Below, in pieces: positions 1-14,460 of a DNA stretch of 64,000 nt; position 1 is the first letter of the stretch, and every line of letters starts with the position of its first letter. The notes under the pieces were generated by a model. It worked only from the letters and a program-made list of their open reading frames with translations. It ran no database searches and was not told the DNA's origin. Both the position numbers and the translations under genes were made by a program. This DNA comes from Leucoraja ocellata. Its lineage: Eukaryota. The DNA lies in NCBI GenBank assembly GCA_036785375.1, contig JAWMAR010000030.1, positions 7,688,001 through 7,752,000 on the forward strand, in the 5' to 3' direction.

Positions 1-818
1 TGATCACTTGCATTCATCAGGTCTCAAGCCAGGCACAAACTTGGTCTTTTAAATCATTAGTAATCATTTTTCTTCTCAAGTACGGTTTTCTAAACAATTA
101 TCCTCATTAGCAACTCATTTGAATTAAACCATGCCAACACGAGCGGAAATAGTGAGTAGTTGTCCCAGCAAGTCATAGCAGAAGTCCTATTGTGGATAAA
201 TGCTGTCAGCGCCATCAGTGCATTCATTATGAGTGTCCTGTTCAATGTAAATTTATGTTACTTCCCCAATGTCCATTTTTAACTTTGGAAGAACAAAAGG
301 CCGACTATAGAGCCAATTGAAGCATTCAAACCTCCAACATACTGGCAGCAGAGTTGAAGGCTGAGCTTGCACAGTTTTAGCTCCTGGATGAAGTATTTTT
401 ATTAAGGGAGGTATGAGAACAGGGAGAATGAAAAAGCTGCAAATCGCTTGGAGCCTGTGATCATGATGTGAAATTAGTGCTTCTTATGTTTCTTTACCAC
501 TTGTCTGACAAACAAACCCAAGTGCCACAACTTCTCTTCAAATCAAAGTAAGGGTCAAGGCTCCTCTGAATCTTTACCTCAGTATCCGTGCAAGCTGGGA
601 ATTACAGGCCATCTTGCTGCTTGCTGCTGCATTACAGAAAAGCTCTACCAGTAAAGTGGGCAACCCAAGACCCTGGACTGATGCAACTTTCCCATTCACC
701 CTTGAAAGGGGCATTTGGCTGCAATGCCGGACTCCCCAAATGCAGGTGCTAATTGAGGACACTTGTGCCCTTTCAGATCTTGAGCATAAAACACACAGTG
801 CGGGACTAATGGAGTAAA

Positions 819-1062
819 AGGCCTGTCCCACTTGGGCGTTATTTGCGCGTCACGCAGATGGCGAGCGAAGATTTTGTACATCCCGAAATCCTGGGACGCC
901 GCACGCGACCGCTCGTCACTGCCTACGTCACCACGCACCATGCGCACGTAATGCACACCATGCACGCATCATGTCCGTGGCATGACATGCGCGTCGTACA
1001 TCGTGACGCATCAATGAAGTCGCGTAAATTACGCGCAAATTATGCCCAAATGGGACAGGCCC
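819..1062. mobile_element. PIF/Harbinger-like MITE, CpG-rich interior
   Basis: ~30-bp imperfect TIRs (aggcctgtcccacttgggcgttatttgcgcgt / acgcgcaaattatgcccaaatgggacaggccc), right flank TTA; same TIR core (tgtcccact) as elements at 26151 and 29024. Confidence 0.75.
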
Positions 1063-1744
1063 TTAGCTAAGCAGATCCAGGACAAGGATAAATGACATTT
1101 TAGGCCGGAGTCCTTCAAACATCTACAGTTCCTTGTGTCTCCCTTTCTGATCTTCCCTGGCATTTTTGCACAGTAAGCACCCTTTGCACAAGGAAGCTGT
1201 TTCCTGTAGCCTGTGCATGTCCCTCTGTTTTCTGAGAGGACTCTGCCACCTCCTCCCAGCCACAATCGTGGCATGCACTCGTTCCTTGCCAACACGACCC
1301 AGTCGCTGAATGAAAGGGATTGCATTGTGGTATGACCCTTTAAGTGCCAGAGCTACTTCCTGAGGTCAGAGCTGTGAGGAAAGGTACTATTAACGGGAGA
1401 AACATGACACCTACCTCCAGCTGTTTCTGAAAACGAGTACTGTTACACCAGGGAGCCTGTTGGCATTGTCTTGGAACTGGTGCTTATTCATTTCACAAAC
1501 TTCTTTTTAGAGTTTATTTCAAAGCAACATCGGGGAGACTGTTAATTTCAGAGAAGCGTGGCAGATGAATTCTTAGGCCTATACTCAGTCCCTCTAACAA
1601 GTGGCCATATATGTGCACACTTAGACGGTCTGGTTGGCAAACTATTCTGTGTGGATCCTGTTACTGAATAAATTTGGGAGAGGTGATAGTGATGAAGGAA
1701 GAAAACTAACACAACCCAGCAGAATCTGACAAGGCCCATCATGG

Positions 1745-2290
1745 GCAGTGAGGAGCACATCTGCCTGAGTCAGAAGGTTACATATTTAATTCTCTCACCA
1801 GAGGAGTGAGCACCAAAATGTCAATTACTCTAAACTGTTAATGTTGAACAGGGTTCCAACCATTTGCTCAGGTGGAGAGGAAAGAACGTTAAAGGTGTAC
1901 TGTTTCAAAGAAGAGCAGGAAAGTCCGGATTGACAGCCTGTCCAACATCAATTAAATCTCACCAAAGGGATTACTTGGCAACTATCACACTCCTGCTTTT
2001 AGCTGTGATTAAGTAGTAGACAATATACACAAAATGTTGGACTAACTCAGCGGGACCGGCAGCATCTCTGGAGAGAAGGAATGGGTGACATTTCCTTCTA
2101 TCAAGATGCTGCCTGTCTTGCTGAGTTACTCCAACATTTTGTGTCTATCTTTGGTTTAGACCAGCATCTGCAGTTCCTTCCTACACATTAAGTAGGCAAT
2201 CATTGTTTCCTCCAACAGTGACAAAAAGTTCTTCAATGTAAAATGCCCTGGGATAAAAGGTGCTATTGAAATGCAAGTCATCTTCCTCTC
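1745..2290 (+). mobile_element. Old SacSINE/DeuSINE-like SINE, interrupted by a Penelope-derived insertion
   Basis: ctgagtcagaaggtt head, tttcaaagaagagcagg core, tail aaggtgctattgaaatgcaagtc; similar to copies at 51945 and 62330. Confidence 0.55.
2017..2186. mobile_element. Penelope-derived fold-back element, centre deleted
   Basis: Inverted arms (acacaaaatgttgga...ctcagc / gctgagttactccaacattttgtgt); 9-bp TSD attaagtag at 2008-2016 and 2187-2195. Confidence 0.75.
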
Positions 2291-4274
2291 CAGGCTGTAA
2301 CCTGATCTTACATCAAGTAGAGTTCTAATCAGAAATAGAAGTGCTGGCTAGCTTCCCCTGCCTTGCCCAGAGCATGAAAGCCAATTGACCCATCCTGTCA
2401 TCACTCCAGCAGAGCTCAGGCTAACTTAGCGCCACGGAGCGAAATCAAACCTCAAGCTTGGCTGGACAGAAACAGCTGAGCCATCACAGAAGCATGTAGG
2501 ACTTTATTGTGAAAGGGTTTTAGATGTGAAATTGGTGACTGGCAGCGATGTGACATCATGATTAAATCAAGGCAGTTTCCTGATCATTGCTTTTTCCAGC
2601 ATTGTATCTTCATCGTAATGAATGAGTGAAATTCGATCTTTGTTAAAAAATAAAGTTTACTACAACTTCTCAAATTTCCAACTAATTGAACAGCAATTGG
2701 GCTTAATCCTGACTTTAATAAGATAATATATGGTTGTAGTCCTACCTGTTCTTTACAGAGACATTAACAAGATTAAAGATTCAGAGTGTTTTTCCAATTA
2801 AGTTCGTTAATTGAAATGTTATATAACAGAAACACTTCTCAAATTATTTCAGCAGATGACTGGCTCATGGGCTAACAAGTCTCACCACAGTATCTAAAGT
2901 CAATTTAAATTTGTTTCATTTAAAGCTATTGAGAAAAAGCAGACCAGTTGTCCTGTTATTTGTTTGTCATTTGTTAAATGCAAAATATGGGAGGGGGTAA
3001 CTCATTGACAAGCTGTTCCTCATTAGTAATGGTTTATCATGCTGCTTTGGATGGCTAACTAAAAAAACAGATGGCTAAACTATGCTGTCACATTGCTGAG
3101 GACCTGACTTAAGCTGATGAGAGAGTGAAAAATACTGTAAATAAATCAATTCTTTATGGTATATTTGAACAGGAAATAACACATCAAAGAAACAAAATAC
3201 TTTCCTATCATCTTTAAAAGGACATTGCCTTTCCTGGCACATTGACATGTCCACTCTTAGCAGTTCCTATATAAGCATGGCCATAGTTGTCAAGGTCTAT
3301 TGAGTTAAGGAAATGCAACTGCAGAGTAAATCTAACCAGGCTCTTTACTGAAATATGGAGAAAAATCTTGCATTTGGCCCTAGCTCATCTATAAAATTAA
3401 TTTAATCATAATTTATAATGCTGGGATATGCAAATAAGAATCATGCCTTCAGCAGTTAATTGATAGACATCTGAACAAGAGTCTCAAATTTGTTCATGTA
3501 TTTTCTGCATATTTTTCAGGACATGGAAAGAGGCCATTCAGCCCATCGAGCCGACTGCAGCTCCCAGAGAATAAAATTAGATTGGTATAGAATTAGTGTA
3601 AACGGGTGCTTGATGCTGGTACAGATATGGTGAGCAAAGGGGCATGTTTACGAGCTGAATTGCTCCAAGTTTCAGGGGGATCTTGCAATCTCCACACAGA
3701 CAGCACTAAAGGTCGGGATCATACTTGGTCCCTGGAGCTGAGAGGCAGCAGCTTTAACAGCTGCACAACCATGCTGTTTAATCTTTTCGGTATTCAATAC
3801 TGAACTATTTACATAAGAGGCTAACATCACTAACGTTAGGAATTTGTAGCACACGTAATTTATCCTCAATGCACCTCGATGTGCAGATGTTTGTTGTCAT
3901 GAAAACTTCAAAGCACCATCAATATCTGAATTTACTGAACAAAAATGTTGGAGGGAATTCCAGAGCTGAGGCCCAGAAAAGCTGAAGACACAGCCGCCAA
4001 CAGTGGAACAATAAGAAAGGGAATGCCGATCAGGCCTGAATTGAAGACGTGCGCAGATTCTGGTAACAACTGCCGTCTATAATGTGCCAGATCGTGCAGC
4101 ATGTAATAATGAAGTATCTGCATCTGCTGGCATGTACCGCAGGCACTCCCAGAATGATGCAGATAAAAATGTCTCACCTTGAGAAAACCAATGATGTTGT
4201 TGGTGGCTCAAGTTGTATCTGTGCCCCCTGCTGTGGCGGGTGAAATCATTAGTATGAAGAGACAGGGGTAATCA

Positions 4275-4293
4275 CCCCCCCCCCCCCCCCCCC
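4275..4293. repeat. poly-C tract
   Basis: Homopolymer run. Confidence 0.9.
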
Positions 4294-4894
4294 AGGAAGC
4301 ATCCCTCAGGGGAGTATCAGTTGCTCAAAGTGTCCAGACCCCCAGAGGTTGAAGGAATCATGCGAAATTCCAGAAAAGATGGCATTCACAATGAGGAGGT
4401 ATTTGCAATGCACAGTCATCTGCACATTGAAGGAGTGGAAACCATTCCTGTCCTGACCTCAGGAAGTAGCTCTGGCACATAAAGGGGAACCCAAATAGGC
4501 CCAAGGCTGTCTAAACATCTTGGAAGCCAGCATTGCTGATAGATCCCAGTGGCAAGGTGCCCCTTCGTCCTTGCTGATATCAAAATGTATGCTCTCATCT
4601 ATCCATGAAATACAAAGCCTTGGTGACCTCTCCTGAGCTGCACTGAGCAGCATTTTGGGAAATGCAACAGAGGTTTGCTGCGGCTACTGGGAAAGATCCA
4701 GTGGCAAGGAAGTTCTGTGTCATCATGACCTTGACCTCCAGGAGAGAACAGTCCTTGCACTGGATTGTTTACATTGATCTTACTACAGAAATCCATGTAT
4801 ATCTATGATGATACATTTGGAAAACCTAAACCTCCAATTACCACAATCACCAACTAAACTTCAAACTACAAATTATTTTGGTTGCACTAGGGAT

Positions 4895-5075
4895 TTCAGA
4901 CTTTTGTTTTGTTTTGTACCACATCTTTAATTGGACTTTTTTGTATGTTTATCATGGTATTTATTGAGCACTGTGCTCTATTGAGTACTGTGGTTACAAA
5001 CTTGTTGTCCTGCTGTATATAAAATGTCACTGTCCATTTTGGTACCTGACAATTAAACACTTTGACTCTTGACTC
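4895..5075 (+). mobile_element. Rex1/Babar-like LINE 3' end
   Basis: tgacaattaaacact-ttgactcttgactc tail shared with 38915-39308 and 58250-58390. Confidence 0.5.
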
Positions 5076-6817
5076 ATGCCAGTCGGGTTCTGCTGAGGTA
5101 CCCATAGTATGAGAAACGAGCCAGTTAAATGATGAAACTTAAGAGTCAAAGTCAGTTTAAAAACACTCTGTGCAAACTTTGGAATGTGCCTGCGTAGCCC
5201 GCAGTTAATTCTGATGTGGCCGATGACAGCAGATTGTCTCTTAAAGTGGGAGAAAAGTGACAAACTAGCACCAGGTGCTCCTGGTTCGGTTGATGTTGAT
5301 GTTGATGCTCTGATGTTAGCCTTGGAAGAACAGTGACGTAATTCACCGCGCATCTGAAGCTACTGGCGGTCAGGAACACTGGTGCTGATCTCAACCAGGA
5401 ACACCCAGTCTAACATCATGATTGCCGCAATTTGGTTTTTGCTGCAATCTCACCTGGAAATGATCACAAATCGATTTACTCCATGTGAAATGAAAATTGC
5501 ATCACTGAGCACCATTCTTTGGGAGAGCTGCAACATCCAATTTATAAGTGATTCCTTTCAGCACGGAGACGGTTCCCAGCCAGTGTTAATGTTCAACACA
5601 AGCTTTCTCACAACCTTCACCCAACTCATCAACAATTCTCACAACTGTTTGTCCTGCTTGCCAGGACTGGAAAATATTATCTTTGATGAACAACAGATAC
5701 TTTCTTTGAAGCTGGTGGATGAGGGCAGACTTACTTGGTGTGTAATATTCTAATAACGGTAGAGAATATCAAAAGGGCCTATTTCCCGGAACAGACAGGT
5801 TACCCTCAAGGAGCTACAAGTTTGAGGCAGAACGTCTGGAGGGGAACTGAGTTAATGCATTTCGCTCCAAAAAAATAACGGGTGTGTAGTGCTGGTGGAT
5901 AGAGTGTTAGGGGCAGAAACTTTCATCACATTTAAAACATACTTGATTGAGTAAGAGCAAAGATTGTAACCTCCACAGATGTAATGATAACCTGGATAGC
6001 AATTATGCTGGATAGCAATTATGGCTGGCATATAAATGATGGGACGAATGGCCCTCCAATTATATAAATGTCTCTGACTCCATTGGGTTGCGAGTTCAAA
6101 CCCAGTCAATTGCGGACTGGGTTTTGCCGCAAAATGCAAGAGGTTGCTCATGTACATGCCAAGAAGTTCAAGATTTCTCAAACTCGCTAACAGCTGTACA
6201 GCAGGAATTCTGCGACTCAGTCCCCATGAGACTTTGTGATGAAGCACAAATTACAAGTATTACCCAACCAAACCTTGAGAATCTGCTTGTGCAATGAGAT
6301 CCGTGTCCAAAATTGGGCAAAAGGAACTAAATTGTTTGTATTTTTTTTGATTATCATTAATTATTTGAGTTGAGGGGAAAGTTTTTCTCTGTTTTAGAAC
6401 CAGTGAGACACATAACATATTCTTCCCAATAACCCTTTCTTCTCAATAACCCTTTCTGGCTTAAGCCCTCCCTTCACCACCTCCAGTTTAAATTCCATTT
6501 GGAATATTTTGGAGGACCAAGAAACCAAGAACCAAAAATAGACACAGGCCCTTTGGCCCACCATGTCTATGCTGGCTATCTCATCTCATCTATACCAATC
6601 CTATTGACCACTATGTGGTCCTGAGCCTTTTAGTTGGCCATTTGAATGCTCAGTCAGATATTTCTTAAATGTTCTAAGAGAACCTGCCTCCACCACGTTT
6701 ATATTACTGCTACAGAACATTCAAAACTGTTGGTAGATGCACCACTATTTCCTGTTCTGACACACAGTTACTGAACATACAGCGAGAAAGGAATCAGTAA
6801 AATACAGAAGGACTCAC

Positions 6818-6868
6818 AGGAGGGCCACGGGGTCCAATGATTGAGATGCCAGGATCTCCTGGAGCTCC
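6818..6868 (-). CDS. col13a1: Collagen XIII alpha-1 exon, 51 bp: GAPGDPGISIIGPRGPP
   Basis: Acceptor cttctaccatag, donor gtgagt, phase 0/0; matches recalled mammalian COL13A1 GSPGDAGLSIIGPRGPP including the Gly-X-Y imperfection. Confidence 0.9.
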
Positions 6869-7106
6869 CTATGGTAGAAGTGGAAAAGGCAATCAGACAA
6901 TCAGGCCAGGCACCCATAAGAATCCATACAGAGACAGATTATGCTTTATTGTAGATCACCTCTCACTTGTGACGTCGATCCCCTAATCCAACTTGCAACC
7001 AACAGCCGGAATATAGAGACTACCAAGACCTAACCAAGATTAGATCACTGAGTGTCAAATTTAAAGTTCCAGAATGGTCAACTATAATCACAGATGTAGC
7101 ATCCAG

Positions 7107-7255
7107 GGTCATAAGGTCATAAGTAACGGGAGCAAAATTAGGCCATACGGCCCATCAAGCCTATTCTGCTATTTAATCATGGCTGATCTATCTCTCCTTC
7201 CTAACCCCATTCTCCTGCCTTCTCCCCATAACCCCCGACACCCGTACTAATCAGG
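7107..7255 (-). mobile_element. CR1 LINE 3' end fragment
   Basis: (ggtcataa)n tail plus ggcccatcaag...aatcatggctgatct 3' UTR, same as 57011. Confidence 0.7.
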
Positions 7256-10139
7256 AAGTGTGCATTCCATTCAATGTCACATTCACAGTAACAGCCTTTT
7301 GCCCTGATTGTCTTTTGGTGCGTTTTACAGAAAATAGATAGATATGAAATAATTTTAAATTAAAATGCAAACAGGGATGTATCTTTCTTTTGTAATCACA
7401 TCTATATTCTTCATTCTCCTTCTCACCCACTTCCCCTGGTTACTGCTGCACATTATTATTCTCCCAAGAAAATTATGGCAGAGAAATTATTGTTGGGCAA
7501 GCATTATTGTATGCATAGAATTGCATGCTTAGGCACATGAATGCATAGAATAGTTTGGTACACTGAGTATCATCTTCTTTTGCATTTTTTTTTATGGCCC
7601 TGGGGAAGTTACTTTCAATGCCCTGCTGTAACACCACTTTGAATCATACAGCAATAGTGGGGATCAGTGACATAACTCCTTCAGTGAGCGATTGGGGACC
7701 AGACCACTGTCATTTGGTCTTTCTGCCTGGATCAGCACACTAATAATCCAAGCAACTGATTTGTAGCCAAAACCCAGGCAGTTTCTCAGGCCCTCCAAGC
7801 CTACAGATCCCAGATGTTAGCACTTTTACCATCTTCCTATGGAACTGAAGCCACCCCACTTAACACAGTCCAGCAGTTAGAACTAACAACGTATTAGTGT
7901 AATACCATTAAATACATTCTTATCTTAGTCAATGGGAGATCTTGGAAGCTAAGATTTGTATTATAGCTCCTGTAAATCATTGGGAAATTGCAACTCATTT
8001 TACAAAAACTACAATAGCAGGACTATACATGTAATGCACATTAAGTGATTTACATTACCGCAAATAATGGCAAATTATGGAGTGATTTGCAGAATCCTAA
8101 AAGCAAATTGGCATTTTACTTAATTGTGTAACTGAATTGTGCACTCAATATGGAAAAAATATTATTTGCGCTTTAGTACCTCGCTACTATTTACGTGGCC
8201 AAGCATTTTGTCTGTGTCTGGCAGTAAGCTGTGTAAAACCAAACATCCAATAGAGCTTTATGCATATTTTAGGGTAAAAGAATATTTCATGTGTTAAGCA
8301 AAGTAATCTTGATTTCTAGTTATCGGCAAAGAATGCAGCAGGAACATATTGAAGAATTTTAAGGCTGAGTACAGCTGATTGCCGTCAACAGTTTAATTGT
8401 GACCATCAGCCTTCTCGACAGCCTCTTGGAATTCTCCACTTGATGAATCTGACCTCCTACTCTGCTACTGGACCCACCATTAGCCCAGCAATGGAGCACA
8501 GACCTGCCCAGGGGAGGGACCACATGCATTTGGCTTGATCACCAGCCCTCAGTATTATATCAAGGAAGCTTTGTGCATAAAGAGATGGTGTTACCAATTG
8601 TATGGATGAATGCAAGTAGAGTTATGTGAATTAATTGATTCATTTTAATTATTTATTCGTTTTGCAAGGTGTATTTCGTAAAACGTTTACCTTTTGTTAT
8701 TTAGATATTTAAATTTATTTGAACAGTTTTTGAATCTTTATGAGAAAGTTATAAATAGTTCAAAAGTGATGAAAAGGTACAATTGTGGGCAGAACCCCAG
8801 GTTCAGGTTTGTGGTTTGTTCAATGCTTAGAGCTCACTTGAGGTCTATGGACGAGGAGGGTCACCTCATTCCGCCCTACACACCTGGGCAAATCAAGTCC
8901 ACATGGGCACACGGTCCAAGCAGGCAACAGGTCAGGTCAGTTCCTTATGTTGCTAAGATGGAGTCTGAAATGGTGCTTTTAAGAGGAAACAAACATCTGC
9001 ATTTACAATTAACCAGTGTGTCAATGCAAGAACAACCTCGCTTTATATTGTTGCTCTCTTGTGTAAATTGGGGAATGGGCTAAATGTGGTTATAGAAAGA
9101 AAGAGCATCCCATGATGTTTAAAATGCATTAGCCTATCTGGACTTGACTACATTGACTAATGACAACATTAGTTTAATCTACATTTTTCATTGAATTTGG
9201 CAGTGGGCAGTAGTTGACATAAACGGTTGGTAAATAAGTGGATCCATATATTTGGCCACTTCATCATTGTTGTTTGACATGATGGCTGAAAGTGCTTCCG
9301 ATCATCTTTCATTGATTCCTCGTTAGTATTTCTTACTCTGGCTCAATGGAGATGATGTAATTATAAATGACTCAGCCTGTGCAAGGTGCCTGTGCAAGGA
9401 ATATTTGAGCAACTAAACCTCGAAGAGCACTATATTTTGATCATTTAACATGGATTGTTGGGGTCTGCAATTACACTCAATGTGGGTGCAACCCCAGGTC
9501 CTTGCTATTTTTCAACCATGGATCAAAGTAAATAGCAAATAAAGTCTACGAGCGTTTTAGAATCTCATCTAAAGTTCCTTTGAGAAAGGGGAAAAACAAA
9601 GTAGTTATTAGATTTATTTTAATAGCACTTAGAATTCTTGTCTCATTTCCAAAGCAGACTTAAATAATGCATAAATCCCTATCGGTTTGCAGTTTACTCA
9701 ATGAATGGTGGGTCATCATGTTGCATGTTGCTTGACTAGAGAGTAAACCAGGTGCAGCCTTAACTCCTCCAGCTACACTCCCAACTTCAAATTTAGAAAC
9801 CACATGTACAATGTCAGATTCAGGGTTACACACACTGTTCACAGAATTAGTAGATAGTACATTTCCCAAACTTCATAAACTAATGGTAGAAAATGAATGA
9901 GCAGTATTTAAAATAGGTTTAGGTAGCTAGATAAGAAAGGAGAAATGGACCAACTGCTCTTACAGACCATACACTTGAAATATTTATATATACATATATT
10001 AAACATTTACATTTCTTTAATCTAGTTTTCAAGCTGTTGGCAACATCAGCAATTACTAACTTTATCACTTTTAAATATTCTATAAACCTTGTTTGTCAGG
10101 ATACTTAAAATAACTGGCATTTGATTTATCCAGAAATTA

Positions 10140-10750
10140 TCCACACCAATCAATGGGGTGGTTAACATGGCAAGTGAATGTACATGAAAGGGAGGATATC
10201 AAAGGAACAAAGGCACCTTAGAGATCAATAAAAGAGCAGGACAGGCCAATAAGGTGGTTGAAAAGACATGTGGGAAACTTTACTAGCAGAAGCAAAGGGT
10301 ACAAGGGCAGAATAGTTATGCTAGAACTATACACAGTGACAGCTTGGGTACTAATCTGTACAGATCTGTTCACCACATTACAGGAATAAGGCAATCGCAG
10401 GATATGGAGAAGATTTCCGAAGATGTTGCCAGGTCTGGAAAATAGTTGCTGTGGAAAAAGTTTGAATGAAATAAGGTTGATTCCTTTCGAAAAGTAATTG
10501 GGGGAAGACTTAACCGAGAATAAATTATGAGTAATCTAGAAAACGTAGAAAGGCAAGACTTGCTTACCTTAACACAAGGTTCAATAAAAGGGGGCAATCG
10601 ATGTGAAATTTTTGAAGAAGGTTGTTGAAGAAAATCCTTTCATCAAGAGAATGGTTGGTGTCTCAACCAAGTGTCTGAAAGGATGCTCATCACTTTTAAG
10701 CAGAAGAGCAAACGGGCCGAGTGGCCTCTCATGTTTATGATTCTATGAAT
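10140..10750 (+). mobile_element. Highly degraded CR1 LINE 3' fragment
   Basis: Colinear remnants of CR1 ORF2 C-terminus; ends gggccgagtggcct...ttatgattctatga. Confidence 0.6.
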
Positions 10751-12789
10751 TAGATGCTAAACATCCACTGGATATAAATCCTGGGGAAAAGTCTGCTAAG
10801 ATTTCATCATGTTTCATGCAGTCTCAGTTATCCTGTGTTCTTGATTGTACCAGCAATTATTTTAAAGTAGTATTAAATTAATACTACTGAGGCGAGCGAA
10901 AGAGTAAACTTCTTCAGACATCAGCAGTTTGTACGAGGGAGTCTGTAGGACTAGGTATGTAACCAAGTCTCAGTGCTTTCACTAAACTTGAAATAAACAG
11001 AAGAAAATCCTAGCCAACAGTAACAGTTTCACAATTCTGGAATTATGCAAAACACAAAACATTGACATATATATTTCTACGGTTTCCTTATTCCTTACAA
11101 AGATCTTCACTGTAAATCGGTTCGTGTGTCAATAATAAACTTAAACCTAACCTAAACCTACGCCTCTCATGTACAATTGCCCAGAACCCTTGAATTGACT
11201 GTGAGTAGGTGCAGGTTGGTGTGGCAAGTTTTGCTCAACACAGCAGGTTCATTAACAACCACTGACTTGTGAAAATAAAGATTAATCTGTTAATGAGTTG
11301 TGCACCAAACTGTGGGATCATCCACATCTGAGAGAGAGAATCATTGAAAAGAGAGAGCTTCTGTGCACTGCATGTCCTTGCTGTGACAATGTCCTTTGCA
11401 AGCCATTTTCCTGGCAGAATATGGCTTCCACCCATGTACTTGATCTCTGTGATAACAACAAGCTGCAGAAAGGGAGACATCTACAGCAGAAAGTAAGGAT
11501 AATTCAGGCTTGCCTTGATGTCAGTGCAGCTTACGTCAAACTCTTGGCAATGAACCTTTCTTTGCATTAACTGTGACACACTGGGCTATTTTTGAGTAAT
11601 CCTCACTTAGTTACTCTGGGGGCAAGAACATTGCCTTATCGAGAACATACTTCCACTAGGGTGGAATTAATGGTGGCTGGTAGATCAGATTTGACTTTAT
11701 TAGACAGAGTGTGACGTTATGACGACTGCCACGTTTTGGAGTAGGATACGGGAATAGAATTCTACACACACACTTTGAAAATACCAAAAAATAAAGCCAA
11801 AATTAGACTGGCATGTTATGAAGAATTTGTTCCACTTTTTTTTCTACACACTGACCACAATAAATGGACCAACTCAAGGATTGCTGATGGTGTAGAGGAC
11901 CTTATGGATGGTGGCCGCCATTTTGAAGGTGCCTGGTTTCTGAATGGCTTCACTCACTGCACCCATTTTGCTGTCAAAATGTTCTCAAAGGAAATCGCCA
12001 GACCAAACATACCGCTTTTTCCTTTTAAAAATACTAATATATAATTTTTGATTCATGCTGGCTCTATCAAGTTATGGCTGCATTTCACATTTACAATTTT
12101 CTCCTTCAGAATTATTTACAAGGTCCAACTTTAAACGTCATGACAAGTTCTTATGATGGGAGAATGATTACGATATTTAAAACAACACCATTTCTTTTGG
12201 GCCTTAGACTGATTTTACAACTGTCTTTCTCACCTCTCCTCAAAATGGCTCCATTGAGTTGAATCAACAACCGTACAATGATCAGGAACAGATAATTTTG
12301 ACCAAAGAAGGGAAGGTTACCGCAGGGGGAACTTTGATCTTGCCTATCCTTGCATTTCATTATCACCATTGTCTCTCAAATCATCCAGTTGACACTGTAC
12401 TTGCTAACCATCCTCCCACCCCCCAAACCCCCTGGTGCCTTAAATAATGTGAGGGGCCATTTCATCCCCTTTCCCATTGGAGTGAAGTTTGGCATTTAGA
12501 GTTCATCTGGATCCAATATATGTGGATGCAAGAGAGAGAGGAAATGTCATTGCAACCCCAGGATTGCATGAAGGGAATAGGGTTGAAATAAAATTTCTGT
12601 TCAGGGGATATATCAAACATAAAATTTTGATTATATGGAATGTGCAATCCTCAAGGAACAGTCACGGTGTCCACATCAAGGTATTACCCCTCATGCTCAT
12701 ATTAGCATAATAATGTCATGGAACAGAGAAAGTGTCCCACTGTCCATTTAACAATCCTCCACAATCCCATTGTTAGTCTCCCCACATTC

Positions 12790-12990
12790 CAGCAGAATTC
12801 ACCACTCACCTACATACTAGGGGCACTATACGATGGCCAATTAATCCAACCTGCACATTTTTGACTTGTGGGAGGAAACCAAACCAAAGGGTTCAAAAGA
12901 AACCCATGTGGTCACAGTGAACGTGCAAACTCCACATAGACACCATTGGATTGACCACAGGTCAATGAAGCTCTAACTCTACCAACTGCA
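12790..12990 (-). mobile_element. Old HE1/V-SINE-like SINE
   Basis: gtgggaggaaacc...gaaacccatgtggtcacag...acgtgcaaactccaca, reverse complement of SINE body at 45099. Confidence 0.6.
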
Positions 12991-14433
12991 ATACATGCCA
13001 GCCTTCATTTGAAATACTTTGGGAAAAGCTCTAAAGGAACTACAATGCTTTTAATAGTAGTTTGCCTTTTGATCAAAGTAAGGCCACTTTCTTATGCTGC
13101 ATCTCTTTCATATGGTGTCAGTATCAAAAACAGTAGTGGGAGCCACAGTCTCTCCGTGAACAATTGAGTCAGCGTCTCTGTCGCCCCAATCACATTCTTC
13201 ATTGTGCAAAGGGATGAAGCTTTTTAAGAGGTCTTTCAACATCTAATTTTCTCTTCCATAAATTTGTGTTCCACAAATTGTTCTCTCAGGCTAATCCATT
13301 CATCAAGCAATTGCTTATTAAATTATAAATGTTGTCGACCATCTGAGAAGTTCCAATTTCAACGCACGTTGAATTCAAAGGGAACAGTAAGTTAGTAGGA
13401 CAGTGATTTAGTGGCAAAAATCATAGTCTTAATACATCGTGCTATGTAGGGGTCAGTGTTAAAGTTACTTCTTCATTTGGAGAAACAGCTTTACTTTGGA
13501 AAAGTTGTAAAACATTTTTTGGAACAAAAAATTGAATAGCTATTGAAAGGAAAAGAAGTGTGTGGAACAAAAGGGAAAACCAAGTAATCAGGGAACTGAT
13601 TTGGCAAGTTTTCTTTACAAATTGGAAACAATGTCTGCAACCAAAGGTGATTTGCAGTCATGAAGAAACCACTTCCTGAAAATTAAATGAGCAAGATTCA
13701 CTTTGTCCTCCAAGGGCACAATGTGCATGAGGGATGCAGTGAATGATCAGATCTTCTTAAAGAGATTGATGAACTGTAATCACTGCCAGAAGGTCACATA
13801 CTGAGGGGGAATTCACTGGAAATGGAAAGGAAACACAATGGAATTCAGAACGCAACATTTAGGAACATGTTGTTGATGGAAAAGTAAATGGCAAAAGTAC
13901 TGAGCTGCCAAGTCTGGCCTGAAGGAGCAATCAAAGGGAAATGAGATAGTCCTGAGCACAACTTTGGTGGGAGGTCTTCAGTAGAAAATGTTGTTCATTG
14001 ACCGTAGCTGAATTATATTTACCTACTAGGCCATGAGAATGGGGGAAAGGGCACTGAACAAAATGGTAAAAACAAAACTTGATTTCATTTTGTTTTGTTT
14101 ATCTAACTGAAAGATTGTAAAGAATAAGTTCTAGCGAAGTTCCAATCATTACCTAATGAAGTATGATTACACAAAGTAGTTGCTCCAGTGACAACTAATT
14201 AGGTGTGTTACTGACTCCAGAACTATATTCTCAATTATATTCACTTATTTTTATTTCCACTGCACTTAAACCACAAAACCAGTGCCACACTAAAACCACC
14301 GCAATTTTTAGATTAAACAGAATGAAGTGTCCGTTCTACTCAATGGTCACTCGAACAAGTATTTAGAGGTACTATTAACTTACTACTGGAAATACAAATG
14401 AGGGTCAATGTTCCCTTTCCTTGCATGACTCAC

Positions 14434-14460
14434 CTCGTCACCAGGTTCCCCCTTTAGACC
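14434..14460 (-). CDS. col13a1: Collagen XIII exon, 27 bp: GLKGEPGDE
   Basis: Acceptor gactgcccag, donor gtgagt, three Gly-X-Y triplets; resembles recalled COL13A1 G(V/I)KGQPGEK exon. Confidence 0.85.

Noticed and set aside
1029-1325. Minus-strand Gly/Cys-containing ORF as a further collagen exon
   Set aside because: No Gly-X-Y register and no convincing splice sites; the next expected col13a1 exon was not found in 1-6800.
4300-4800. Possible old L1/Tx1 fragment (also 32056-32350 and 50971-51216)
   Set aside because: Coding-like texture but too degraded to assign by eye.
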